Shown: positions 16,108 through 23,510 of the stretch, in pieces
Layout of the letters: each line of letters starts with the position of its first letter
Position numbering within the stretch: position 1 is the first letter of the stretch
IMG/VR virus record: IMGVR_UViG_3300037882_003529
Span: 4,462 to 68,461 of that record
Strand: one strand, 5' to 3'
Source of the DNA: a virus
Length of the DNA stretch: 64,000 nt
Made by a program: the position numbers and the translations under genes
The notes under the pieces: generated by a model
Seen by the model: the letters and a program-made list of their open reading frames with translations, nothing else
What the model was told of the DNA's origin: nothing
Databases searched by the model: none

Positions 16108-16244
16108 TGGTGTCTCTCTAAGGATTTAAACCTTAGATTTCTTCCTTTCGGGGAAGCGTCGTTAATCAAACACTGCGGCTAGCACCGCTGCTTGAGAACT
16201 TGCTAGAATTCTCATATTTGATTTTAATCATTGGACCAAGAGAC
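16108..16244 (-). ncRNA. 137-nt tRNA-like RNA with a kissing-loop domain inserted in the D-loop
   Basis: GTCTCTT/GAGAGAC-A-CCA, TAAGG-TTTAAAT-CCTTA, inserted hairpin loops CTAGCA and TGCTAG are complementary. Confidence 0.75.
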
Positions 16245-16248
16245 AAAT

Positions 16249-16338
16249 TGGCGGAATCTAAGAGATTCGAACTCTTACTCCCTTTCGAGAGGCTGGTTTA
16301 GCAAACCAGTGCGACTGCACCGTCTTCGCGGAGATTCC
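16249..16338 (-). tRNA. tRNA-Ser(GCU)
   Basis: CTGGT-TTGCTAA-ACCAG, long variable arm, GCCA. Confidence 0.9.
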
Positions 16339-16344
16339 ATAAAT

Positions 16345-16419
16345 TGGAGGCTAGGGTCGGAATCAAACCGACTTGAAATGGATTTGCAATCCACTGCATA
16401 ATCATTCTGCCACCTAGCC
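16345..16419 (-). tRNA. tRNA-Cys(GCA)
   Basis: GTGGA-TTGCAAA-TCCAT, U73, CCA. Confidence 0.9.
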
Positions 16420-16428
16420 AAAAGAAAA

Positions 16429-16517
16429 TCTCGAAAGAATAAATGAATTCAAAGGACAGTCCAATAGGCGGACCGTATCAGTCTCAATGAAGTATTTGAA
16501 CTCTACACTATTCGAGA
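16429..16517 (-). ncRNA. YrlA/Y-RNA-like element 3 (no tRNA domain)
   Basis: TCTCGAATAGTGTAGAGTTCAAATACTTC..TTTGAATTCATTTATTCTTTCGAGA. Confidence 0.6.
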
Positions 16518-16521
16518 AAAC

Positions 16522-16608
16522 TGGCGCTCTTTTGAGGACTCGAACCTCAATTGTGATTATTTTTAACCTGCGCATCAGAATAATCATGCTTGCCGTAAGC
16601 TAAAGAGC
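16522..16608 (-). ncRNA. tRNA-like RNA with 8-bp anticodon stem and 17-nt loop
   Basis: GCTCTTT/AAAGAGC-G-CCA, D-arm GCTT/AAGC, TGATTATT-N17-AATAATCA, TGAGGTTCGAGTCCTCA. Confidence 0.7.
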
Positions 16609-16618
16609 AATAAAAATG

Positions 16619-16686
16619 TAAGGAAGGAAAAAATGAACTCAGAGTTTTTCTCACATTGAAGTATCTGAATTCTACGCCATTCCTTA
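16619..16686 (-). ncRNA. YrlA/Y-RNA-like element 4 (minimal)
   Basis: TAAGGAATGGCGTAGAATTCAGATACTTC..TCTGAGTTCATTTTTTCCTTCCTTA. Confidence 0.6.
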
Positions 16687-16690
16687 AAAC

Positions 16691-16765
16691 TGGTGGACCA
16701 GAGGGGAATCGAACCCCTAACATCAACTTGCAAGGCTGACATTTTCCCAATTAAACTACAGGCCC
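16691..16765 (-). tRNA. tRNA-Ala(UGC)
   Basis: TCAGC-CTTGCAA-GTTGA, G3:U70, ACCA. Confidence 0.9.
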
Positions 16766-16772
16766 ATTAAAA

Positions 16773-16849
16773 TGGTCGACTAGATGAGATTTGAACTCAT
16801 AACCCCTCGGTCCCAAACCGAGTGCTCTACCAAGTTGAGCTTCTAATCG
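16773..16849 (-). tRNA. tRNA-Pro(UGG)
   Basis: CTCGG-TTTGGGA-CCGAG, ACCA. Confidence 0.9.
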
Positions 16850-16869
16850 TTAATTTCTTCTATCAAATA

Positions 16870-16944
16870 TGGCGACTCGTACGAGATTCGAACTCGTGTA
16901 TCCTAATAGACAGTCAGGAATCGTTACCACTAGATCAACGAGCC
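16870..16944 (-). tRNA. tRNA-Asp(GUC)
   Basis: CCTGA-CTGTCTA-TTAGG, GCCA. Confidence 0.9.
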
Positions 16945-16952
16945 AAGTAAGG

Positions 16953-17022
16953 TCTTAGAGGAAAAATTGATTTCGGATTGGCACTTTTCAAAAGAAGTAA
17001 CCGAAATCTTCACCATCTAAGA
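16953..17022 (-). ncRNA. YrlA/Y-RNA-like element 5 (minimal)
   Basis: TCTTAGATGGTGAAGATTTCGGTTACTTC..CCGAAATCAATTTTTCCTCTAAGA. Confidence 0.6.
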
Positions 17023-17028
17023 AAAAGG

Positions 17029-17162
17029 TTTCAGCAGAAAAACGAACTCAGAGTTTGGCGACGGACTCGAACCTTTAATCTCCTAGTTTCCTAGGTGTTT
17101 TAACCAGTTAAACTACGCTTCCGAATGGTGGAAGAAGTATCTGAACTCTGCACTAGCTGAAA
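17029..17162 (-). ncRNA. YrlA/Y-RNA-like element 6 with non-permuted tRNA domain
   Basis: scaffold TTTCAGCTAGTGCAGAGTTCAGATACTTC..TCTGAGTTCGTTTTTCTGCTGAAA; inside, D-arm, CCTAG-GAAA-CTAGG, then GGTTCGAGTCC. Confidence 0.7.
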
Positions 17163-17170
17163 TAAAAAGT

Positions 17171-17306
17171 TGAAGAGGAATTATGCGAATCCAAAATCTT
17201 GGAGCCCTGGTTCTACCGTTAAACTACAAGTCTATTCAGACTCGGAGGGATTCGAACCACTCATTGAGGGCTTGGAATGAAGTATTTGAATTCTACGCCA
17301 TCTTCA
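17171..17306 (-). ncRNA. YrlA/Y-RNA-like element 7 with circularly permuted tRNA domain
   Basis: GCCCT..T-arm GGTTCGAATCC, CGAGTCT-GAAT-AGACTTG closed acceptor, D-arm GTTTAACGGTAGAAC..AGGGC inside the conserved scaffold. Confidence 0.8.
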
Positions 17307-17492
17307 CCCAAATACACTCGAAAATTTATTTGGGTGAAGATTCCCTAAAGGGAATCTTCAAATGACTTTTTACAAATTGTGAAGGAACTTTGCAACTCCA
17401 CTGATTCTATCGAATCTAAGGAGAGTGCATTTCGCTTCTCTCCGTGGTCTTATGTACTCATCTGCTTATGTTTTAGCAGATTTGATGGAGTG

Positions 17493-17523
17493 ATTCTATA
17501 CTGACTCCATGAGTTTGTAAACA
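17493..17523 (-). promoter_or_regulatory. early-type promoter heading the RNA island
   Basis: minus strand GTTTACA..TATAGAAT. Confidence 0.65.
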
Positions 17524-17636
17524 GCTTTTTTGTTGTTTTCATGAATTATTTATCTGCAGAAATCTTCAACTGTCAGTTTGATCTGGAGTCACTTTTTACT
17601 GCTAGACATATGAAACTACACCACATCAGTTCAGAT

Positions 17637-18197
17637 TCAACCAGTGGTTGCCTGTTTCAATGCCGCTTCGCGCGTGACGTGTCTGAGGGTTTTACCTTTT
17701 TCTGTATCTGCCAGAAGTTCCTTCATGGTGACGTCATGATCCAAAAGATGATAGCCAACACAGAAACTTCTATCTTCAAAAGTCAACACACAAACAACAA
17801 TATGTCGAAGCAAATGACCAGAAGGAATCGGAAGTTGAAATTCGTATGTTGGAAAATTTACTTCTCCAAGAACGAAGAACCATTCTGTTAGAATTTTCAT
17901 TCGTTCATTTCGTGGATTCATAGCTTTATAGTGTTCATAGTAAGAATCTAACCAAGCATCTAATAGACGCCAACCTTCTTCTCTGTCCTTTTTTAAAGGA
18001 CAACCAAGCAATTCTTGATATAGAGCAACAATACTACCCTTTTCTTTGAATGCACTGCTTTGATAAACACAATAAGACCAAATGTCATCTATCTCAAGTT
18101 TCTTACAAAGAGAATCAAGTTCAATTTTAGCCCGATCTCTAAAAAACGCAGCTCTTTCAAACCAAGCCAAAAATTCAAAATCAAATTTCATATCGAT
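17637..18197 (-). CDS. hypothetical protein
   Basis: ORF 17637..18203, start uncertain. Confidence 0.55.
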   Translation of the reverse strand: MDMKFDFEFLAWFERAAFFRDRAKIELDSLCKKLEIDDIWSYCVYQSSAFKEKGSIVALYQELLGCPLKKDREEGWRLLDAWLDSYYEHYKAMNPRNERMKILTEWFFVLGEVNFPTYEFQLPIPSGHLLRHIVVCVLTFEDRSFCVGYHLLDHDVTMKELLADTEKGKTLRHVTREAALKQATTG

Positions 18198-18216
18198 ATC
18201 CACCCAGAGGTTACAA

Positions 18217-18243
18217 AGAAAGCCGACAATATGTCGGCTTTCT
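18217..18243. terminator. intrinsic terminator
   Basis: AGAAAGCCGACA-ATA-TGTCGGCTTTCT. Confidence 0.7.
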
Positions 18244-18266
18244 GATTCAATAGTTCAAAATTTCAA

Positions 18267-18770
18267 TTAGTCAGCGCGATGATCGCTCATTTTCAAACCA
18301 GCTCGAGGATTTTCTGCAATATGACTATAGTTCTTCGTAATCCAAGATTTGAAAACCTTTTCAGCATCTTCGTATGTTGGATAATTGGAAGGAGCTAATG
18401 GATAAACTAGTGGAGCCAGAACACCAGTTTTACCTAATTTCAAATCTTGGATAGCTTGGAAATAAGTCCGACGAGCTTTGCTTCGACCATATCGACGGGA
18501 AAAACTATCTTTTGGATATTTTACCGCAGCAGACGCCTTCCATTCACCAGTAGAAGTTTCAAGCCGAAAGAAGACTGTACCCTCTCGACCAAGAACCCGT
18601 GGCGCTCGAATATGGAAGAAAATTTCAACATGAGTTGTGCTTCGATGTAATCGTGCATCTAAAGGATTTTGCGGTAGAATTTTGACTGGTGTTGCTACTG
18701 CATTAGCGACTAGATTTTCTGGGACTGGTGTTCCCATGTTACTCTCCTCTTTTGAGTGGATTGCTGCCAT
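18267..18770 (-). CDS. hypothetical protein
   Basis: 167-aa ORF; alternative start MGTPV after GAGGAG. Confidence 0.6.
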   Translation of the reverse strand: MAAIHSKEESNMGTPVPENLVANAVATPVKILPQNPLDARLHRSTTHVEIFFHIRAPRVLGREGTVFFRLETSTGEWKASAAVKYPKDSFSRRYGRSKARRTYFQAIQDLKLGKTGVLAPLVYPLAPSNYPTYEDAEKVFKSWITKNYSHIAENPRAGLKMSDHRAD

Positions 18771-18776
18771 TAAATG

Positions 18777-20132
18777 TTACAAGATGGACTTCTTTTCTAC
18801 ATTAACATCTGCAGCCAGGTCTCGAGCTGATTTTGCTAACATAATCGACATGAAAGATGAAATTTCAGACTGACGACCTACTCCACCTTCACCTGCTCCA
18901 AAGAAAACTGAAGGAACTGGTGCATTTTTAGCCGCTTCTGCCCAATGTTGGTTGATTGCTACCAAAGCATCAAGTTTTGCTTGTAGACCATTGTCGGATT
19001 TAATTGCTTGTTCTTTTGCAAAAGATTCAGCTTCTGCAAGAATTTTCTTAGATTGTGCATCAATTTCAGCTTTTTCGAATAAAAGTTGCGCAGTTTGTTT
19101 GTCTAATTCAGCTTGCTCTTTGCGTTGATTTGCTGCGGTGATAGCCAATTGTTTTGTGGTTTCGGCGTTTGTGGTTTGAACGGCTTGTTCCATCAAGGCA
19201 CCTTGTCGCTTTTCTTCGCGCTCTCGTTCACCATTTGCAATTGTAAAGAGCTTCAATTCTTCTTGTTTTAGACGGTCTTGGCGAGCAATGGCAAGTCCTG
19301 CCATACCTTCTTGGACTTTTTTCATACGAGCTAAAAAGTCTGCGTTTGGTACAATATTCGTCACGCGAGCTTCGATAAGTGTGATTCCATAATTTGTGTA
19401 CGTCTGCTTCTTAACTAATGGTACACCTTTTGTGTCGGTGATTTTTTCAATTTTAAACGAACTACGGGTGTTATCACCATATTGGCCTTGTTCTGTCCCT
19501 TGTTGAGCAATAGCTGTCTTTGAGGCAAGATGCCCAGCGTCGTCTTGGCGCTCTTCTACACGACGAACTACAAAACTACCATTACGCATTTGGGTTTCAA
19601 AATCATTCGAAAACTGACTGCGTCCACCGCCGTAATAATCATCTGCAGTCATCAAAGATCCAGTAGACTGAATCGTGTCTTTAAGGGCTGGAACCAGAGC
19701 CGTAGATAATAAATTTGCCGGAGTTCGATATTCTCTGACAAATTTCAAGAAAGCAACTTCGTCTTCAGGAATTCGAAATCGAGATGTAACTTCGACCTTA
19801 GCATCCACATTTCCTAAGAATACGATCGATACTCCATCAATTGTTCGAGAAGACGATTCATCTTCGGTCTCGGCTTCTGGGTCTTTGGCGATGACAGTCT
19901 GAACAGTAATTGCCTTTTTCCATTCCGTTACTCGACCAAACCATTTACCAGCATAGCCTGTATCATTAACCATTTTCTCTGTTCCAGTTAATGTTCGAAC
20001 GTGATAGAGATATCCCGGTTCGGCATAGAAGAAACACATTGTGAACAAAATATAAATTAGGATAGATGCAATTACTCCTAAAAGAATTTTTGTTTGATTC
20101 GTAAGTTCGCTGAACATAGTATTGTTTTCCAT
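18777..20132 (-). CDS. SPFH/band-7 family membrane protein
   Basis: N-terminal TM, SPFH-like domain, long Ala/Glu/Gln coiled coil, VPSVFFG tail. Confidence 0.8.
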   Translation of the reverse strand: MENNTMFSELTNQTKILLGVIASILIYILFTMCFFYAEPGYLYHVRTLTGTEKMVNDTGYAGKWFGRVTEWKKAITVQTVIAKDPEAETEDESSSRTIDGVSIVFLGNVDAKVEVTSRFRIPEDEVAFLKFVREYRTPANLLSTALVPALKDTIQSTGSLMTADDYYGGGRSQFSNDFETQMRNGSFVVRRVEERQDDAGHLASKTAIAQQGTEQGQYGDNTRSSFKIEKITDTKGVPLVKKQTYTNYGITLIEARVTNIVPNADFLARMKKVQEGMAGLAIARQDRLKQEELKLFTIANGEREREEKRQGALMEQAVQTTNAETTKQLAITAANQRKEQAELDKQTAQLLFEKAEIDAQSKKILAEAESFAKEQAIKSDNGLQAKLDALVAINQHWAEAAKNAPVPSVFFGAGEGGVGRQSEISSFMSIMLAKSARDLAADVNVEKKSIL

Positions 20133-20306
20133 TTAATTGTTCTGTTGATGGGCTGGGTTGGTGCGAGAATTAGTCGACGCAGTAAGAAGGAACATCAACC
20201 TTCTGACATGCTGCATAACGTGTTGGAGAAGTCATCCAATAAAGAATCAAAAGAGTAATGGATAGAGAAACAGCTACAATTTTGAATCTATTCAACGATT
20301 GAGTGT

Positions 20307-20822
20307 TCATAATGGAACAATAATTCCTTTATAGTTTGCCGAAAAGAACTGACCTCGATTTTCTGACCAGTCCACTGAAAGTCTTTTGCTTGCTGCAGAA
20401 TGAAGATCAGTTTCAACTGGTTTACCAGAATGAAGATGCCAAGATCCAAATCTTTGCATATCCCATCGAACCAATGGCCAAAAATGCATGATCACTTTGT
20501 CCTTAGTTCCAGCATGATGACCCGCAAGAGTGTAGTAAGGACCGAGAATTTTTAGCTTCTCTGGATTAGTGAGTCGCTTAACAATTCCGCTAAGCTGAGT
20601 TCTTAAATCCTGAGGTCCAAAAACTAATCGAATTTGTCCATTTAGGCGATGAAGAACTTTGATAAACTCGCCAGGGTCTGAATCCAAATTAAATCCGCCT
20701 ACCACGTAGATTGTATCTGTAGGCTGAGCTTGGTGATTCCACTTGTTGATTGTTTCTTCAAAATCATCATCAGTCATTGTCTGAAGCTGAATATTTGAAG
20801 TGAATAAAGGATTTCGTTTCAT
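20307..20822 (-). CDS. degenerate calcineurin-like metallophosphoesterase
   Basis: aligns by eye to 34116..34688 but metal ligands replaced. Confidence 0.65.
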   Translation of the reverse strand: MKRNPLFTSNIQLQTMTDDDFEETINKWNHQAQPTDTIYVVGGFNLDSDPGEFIKVLHRLNGQIRLVFGPQDLRTQLSGIVKRLTNPEKLKILGPYYTLAGHHAGTKDKVIMHFWPLVRWDMQRFGSWHLHSGKPVETDLHSAASKRLSVDWSENRGQFFSANYKGIIVPL

Positions 20823-21113
20823 TTAAATTCTCTCAATTTCCCAAAGGAGTAACTGCGTAAGATCGCTCGTAATGCTATTGATTTCAACTTGATGTTTAAG
20901 GATTTCATCTCGAAGTTGTTTGTGACTAAAAGTGTTCTTTTTCTCTGCTGTCCAAGATTGGAGATTGTGTCTTTCGTAAGCACCAATTATAATTCTGGTG
21001 AGTTCTTTTATAGCGATATTGAATTTCGGTGTTGAAGTTGCAACATGGTTGATAATAGCATGTAGATCCTTTTTAGCTACTACAGAACTTTTGCGAATCT
21101 TCTTAGGTACCAT
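20823..21113 (-). CDS. hypothetical protein (early)
   Basis: downstream of promoter at 21143..21171. Confidence 0.6.
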   Translation of the reverse strand: MVPKKIRKSSVVAKKDLHAIINHVATSTPKFNIAIKELTRIIIGAYERHNLQSWTAEKKNTFSHKQLRDEILKHQVEINSITSDLTQLLLWEIERI

Positions 21114-21142
21114 TTTCTTCTCTCGGTTGTTGTTCTTGGTTA

Positions 21143-21171
21143 ATTATAACACGATTCTACCGAAAGTAAAC
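21143..21171 (-). promoter_or_regulatory. T4-type early promoter
   Basis: minus strand GTTTAC-N17-TATAAT with TG extension. Confidence 0.8.
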
Positions 21172-21813
21172 AATTTCTTTCCATCGAGTTTCGAGCATTT
21201 GGGCATATAGTTTTGAGTCCATTCCTTTATAGAATCCTAAAGCCCAAGCATCAGTAAGCTCTACAATCGCTAAACCAACTCCCTCGATCCAACCTACGTC
21301 AATTGCATAAGCCGAAGGTTTATTTTTCCAAGCTTCGATGACTTGTTGACAGAAGGATTCTATTTCATTTTTAGAAATATCTTCTTCGTCTAAATCATCA
21401 TATCGACCCATGCCAAGAATGCTATTGCCTTGACAATAAACTCGCCATTCTTGAGAAAAGTTAACTACGTCAGAATAGATGTACTTCTGGTCGTAGAATT
21501 TGCATCGTTTTGCTATGTGTGTATCGAATGCCTTATAAACCCATGGCTTAAAGAAATACTTTTTAGGCGACCATGGATCAAAACCAGCAGGTAAACCCCA
21601 ATGAACCACTCCGACATTTCTTTTGTAAAATGTCGAATGATCTAAACCGACACCTAAACCTAAAGGCTCTGGAATTTGAATTTGATTCTTATCCCAAATT
21701 CCTTTAATCCATTTGATAGAACCTACATGAAGCGGAAGAGTTTCTTGTCGAATAGGCTCAAATGCAAAAGTTTCAATTGTGCCATAACCAGGTTCAATTA
21801 CAGCTTTAATCAT
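21157..21813 (-). CDS. ATP-grasp domain protein (R2K/DUF4343-like)
   Basis: FFKP..KAF, SQEWRVY, AYAIDVG, IVELTDAWALGFY. Confidence 0.8.
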   Translation of the reverse strand: MIKAVIEPGYGTIETFAFEPIRQETLPLHVGSIKWIKGIWDKNQIQIPEPLGLGVGLDHSTFYKRNVGVVHWGLPAGFDPWSPKKYFFKPWVYKAFDTHIAKRCKFYDQKYIYSDVVNFSQEWRVYCQGNSILGMGRYDDLDEEDISKNEIESFCQQVIEAWKNKPSAYAIDVGWIEGVGLAIVELTDAWALGFYKGMDSKLYAQMLETRWKEIVYFR

Positions 21814-22010
21814 TTTGATTTTTCTAATTGCTTATTTCTGGTGGTCAATTCGTAATTGACTTCTTCAAGAACTTTTTTCTCGCTTTTAAGTTCTTCGATC
21901 TGTTTTTTATTGTTTTCGATTATCTTGTTGATCGTTTTATTCTTTGGATTCCATTCAATTACCACCAAAACAAAGAAACAAACGAAACCAAGCAAAAATA
22001 ATAAACTCAT
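21810..22010 (-). CDS. small membrane-anchored coiled-coil protein
   Basis: N-terminal TM then heptads. Confidence 0.6.
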   Translation of the reverse strand: MSLLFLLGFVCFFVLVVIEWNPKNKTINKIIENNKKQIEELKSEKKVLEEVNYELTTRNKQLEKSK

Positions 22011-22294
22011 TTTTTAGGTCCTTCTAATCCTAAAACTCTTCTTTCAAATTCTTTCATTTCTTCTATTCGAAGAGTTTTCTTTCGAATTCTTTCATTTTCC
22101 GAATCTCTAAAATTTTTAAAAGCAATTTTCATTTCTTCTTGAGCAATTTTAGATTTTTGTTTGTATGAATCAATCCTTTTAGACTGAAGTCCGTAGGCCA
22201 TCACAGCGTTCAATAATCTTAATTGAGCATTAAGAAAATCAACTCCTGTTTTATAAGCAATTCTTTTTAGTTCAGCATTTTTAGTCGTAGCCAT
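22007..22294 (-). CDS. hypothetical protein
   Basis: 95-aa ORF. Confidence 0.6.
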   Translation of the reverse strand: MATTKNAELKRIAYKTGVDFLNAQLRLLNAVMAYGLQSKRIDSYKQKSKIAQEEMKIAFKNFRDSENERIRKKTLRIEEMKEFERRVLGLEGPKK

Positions 22295-22298
22295 TTGA

Positions 22299-23096
22299 TT
22301 ATACTAAGTCGATTACGTATTGAACTGCTGCTTCCCACAATTGACGATTTATATCAATTAATTGAGCAACTCCGGTGATTGGTTTTACTTTGACGGTTTT
22401 TCTTCGACGAATCGATTCATCCATACGAACAACCATTCCGCCTTTCATGACATTTTCTTGAAGGCGATTGAAAACATACCATAAATCATCGCCTTCGTCT
22501 TCTGCTCTTCGATGAGCTAAAAGTAAAGAAGAATTTACAGCTTTACCTAATTCACTCAAATTTCCAAATCTAATTTTATGAGCAATTGAGCTCAAGTCTT
22601 CTTTCTCAGATTCAGAAAGTCTCCTATTCATCATTAGTTTGATTGTTTTTCCTGCATTTTCCGAATGCTTGATTATTCGGTGAGCGGCTTCTACAGCATC
22701 AGCCATTGCAGTTCGTCGACTATGCCGAATGGTTTCTTGACCAAAAGAAGCTGTCGCAATGATCAATCCATTCTCACAAACGGTTCGATAAAGACCAGAC
22801 ATCAAATTAACTGAAGATGATCCATCGTGAGCATTAATCAAAATAACTTCTGGATAAACTGAACCGACGATTTCAATTTGACGAGATCGACGGAACCGGA
22901 TCATATGTCGAGCATAAAGTCGTTTTTCTTCAAGGCGCGACACTCTTTGCTTCGCCCAAACTGGAACTAATCCACTTTCAATAAATTGATGAATCAATTC
23001 TGTCGTCTGGACAACCGAATAGTTCTTTCCACGAATTGGAGATTTTTGATTCGTGAAAATAGATGGTGTAGAGTCTTGATTATATGCCGGTTCCAT
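22299..23096 (-). CDS. DUF932/DUF945-family protein
   Basis: HMIRFR, PEVILINAHDGSSS, GLYRTVCENGL, DLWYVFNRLQENVMKGG. Confidence 0.85.
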   Translation of the reverse strand: MEPAYNQDSTPSIFTNQKSPIRGKNYSVVQTTELIHQFIESGLVPVWAKQRVSRLEEKRLYARHMIRFRRSRQIEIVGSVYPEVILINAHDGSSSVNLMSGLYRTVCENGLIIATASFGQETIRHSRRTAMADAVEAAHRIIKHSENAGKTIKLMMNRRLSESEKEDLSSIAHKIRFGNLSELGKAVNSSLLLAHRRAEDEGDDLWYVFNRLQENVMKGGMVVRMDESIRRRKTVKVKPITGVAQLIDINRQLWEAAVQYVIDLV

Positions 23097-23104
23097 AAAT
23101 TTCC

Positions 23105-23506
23105 TTAAGTTAAATCAATTACCAATCCCATAGCACGTTCGATCGTTTCAGCCGTAAGCGATGGATCGCCGAGCTTAGCAATAATAGCACTAGTGATAAG
23201 ATTTTTTTCTTTGATTAATTCTTCTCCAACCGCTTTTTTCGCAATGTTTAAAAGCTCTGGATTACTCTTAAGACATTCGAACATTTCAGGATTTGATTCT
23301 TTATAGAAATTCAAAATGTGAGTATCGCTTCCTGAAATTTTCAGAATTCTTTCTTCTGCGGGCTTCATTATGCTATCCAAATAATCATGAAGCTCATCAT
23401 CTGTTGTTTTTGTTCGCTCAAGATAAGAACTAATTGCGGTTTCAAAAGCAATTAAAGCACTACGAGATTTAAGTTGATTAACTAACGCTTCTATTGACAT
23501 GATCAT
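23105..23506 (-). CDS. hypothetical protein
   Basis: 133-aa ORF. Confidence 0.6.
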   Translation of the reverse strand: MIMSIEALVNQLKSRSALIAFETAISSYLERTKTTDDELHDYLDSIMKPAEERILKISGSDTHILNFYKESNPEMFECLKSNPELLNIAKKAVGEELIKEKNLITSAIIAKLGDPSLTAETIERAMGLVIDLT

Positions 23507-23510
23507 TTTC

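Noticed and set aside
16429-17306. CRISPR array from the recurring GAAGTA..GAA motif
   Set aside because: Copies are degenerate, irregularly spaced, interleaved with tRNAs and explained by a paired RNA scaffold; no cas operon
12689-17365. Short ORFs in the track across the RNA island (12689, 12865, 15764, 16547, 17183)
   Set aside because: They overlap tRNA or ncRNA genes and lack protein-like motifs
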